From the NCBI GenBank assembly GCA_964476855.1, contig CAYZCF010000004.1, forward strand, positions 1-40,507: a stretch of 40,507 nucleotides of DNA, given 5' to 3'. The notes beneath the pieces are model-generated. The model was not told the DNA's origin, did not search any database, and saw nothing but the letters and a program-made list of their open reading frames with translations. Positions 40,476-40,507 of this stretch are shown in pieces; the first letter of the stretch is position 1; the number at the start of each line of letters is the position of its first letter. Origin of the DNA: an uncultured Chlorobiaceae bacterium (GTDB lineage: Bacteria; Bacteroidota; Chlorobiia; Chlorobiales; Chlorobiaceae). The position numbers and the translations under genes were made by a program.

Positions 40476-40507
40476 CTCTTGTGCTTGAGCTGGAACGATT
40501 GACATGG

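Noticed and set aside
40472-40490. CTGACTCTT resembles the start of the IS50/Tn5 outside end
   Set aside because: Only 9 bases match and the sequence then diverges from ATACACA. No transposase is visible in the window.

Overview
Chromosomal window from a green sulfur bacterium. The assignment is Chlorobiaceae, probably Chlorobaculum-like, inferred from protein character, gene order and GC-rich codon usage. Bases 1-10.3 kb hold housekeeping genes (3' end of mnmE, CIA30 family, acyl-CoA ligase, THUMP-like methyltransferase, ppx/gppA, prmA, Sfp-type PPTase). These are interrupted by two AT-richer single genes, a class II Fic and an Mrr-type restriction nuclease, both with unusual inverted or 9-mer repeats at their edges. 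Bases 10.7-30.6 kb are the str-S10-spc-alpha ribosomal superoperon. It carries a tRNA-Gly(TCC) between rplN and rplX and an in-frame TAG in rpsH that is probably a base-call error. Next come rsmG, a mannose-1-phosphate guanylyltransferase and cysS. From about 34.3 kb the region is accessory: a small conserved hypothetical protein, a secreted VWA protein, a RelBE-type toxin-antitoxin pair, and an AT-rich translationally coupled two-gene unit. That unit encodes an alpha-helical 590 aa protein and a protein with an N-terminal restriction-endonuclease-like domain. It is the best candidate anti-phage system (possibly Olokun-like), and its second gene looks truncated at the window end. No CRISPR array, rRNA or transposase was seen.
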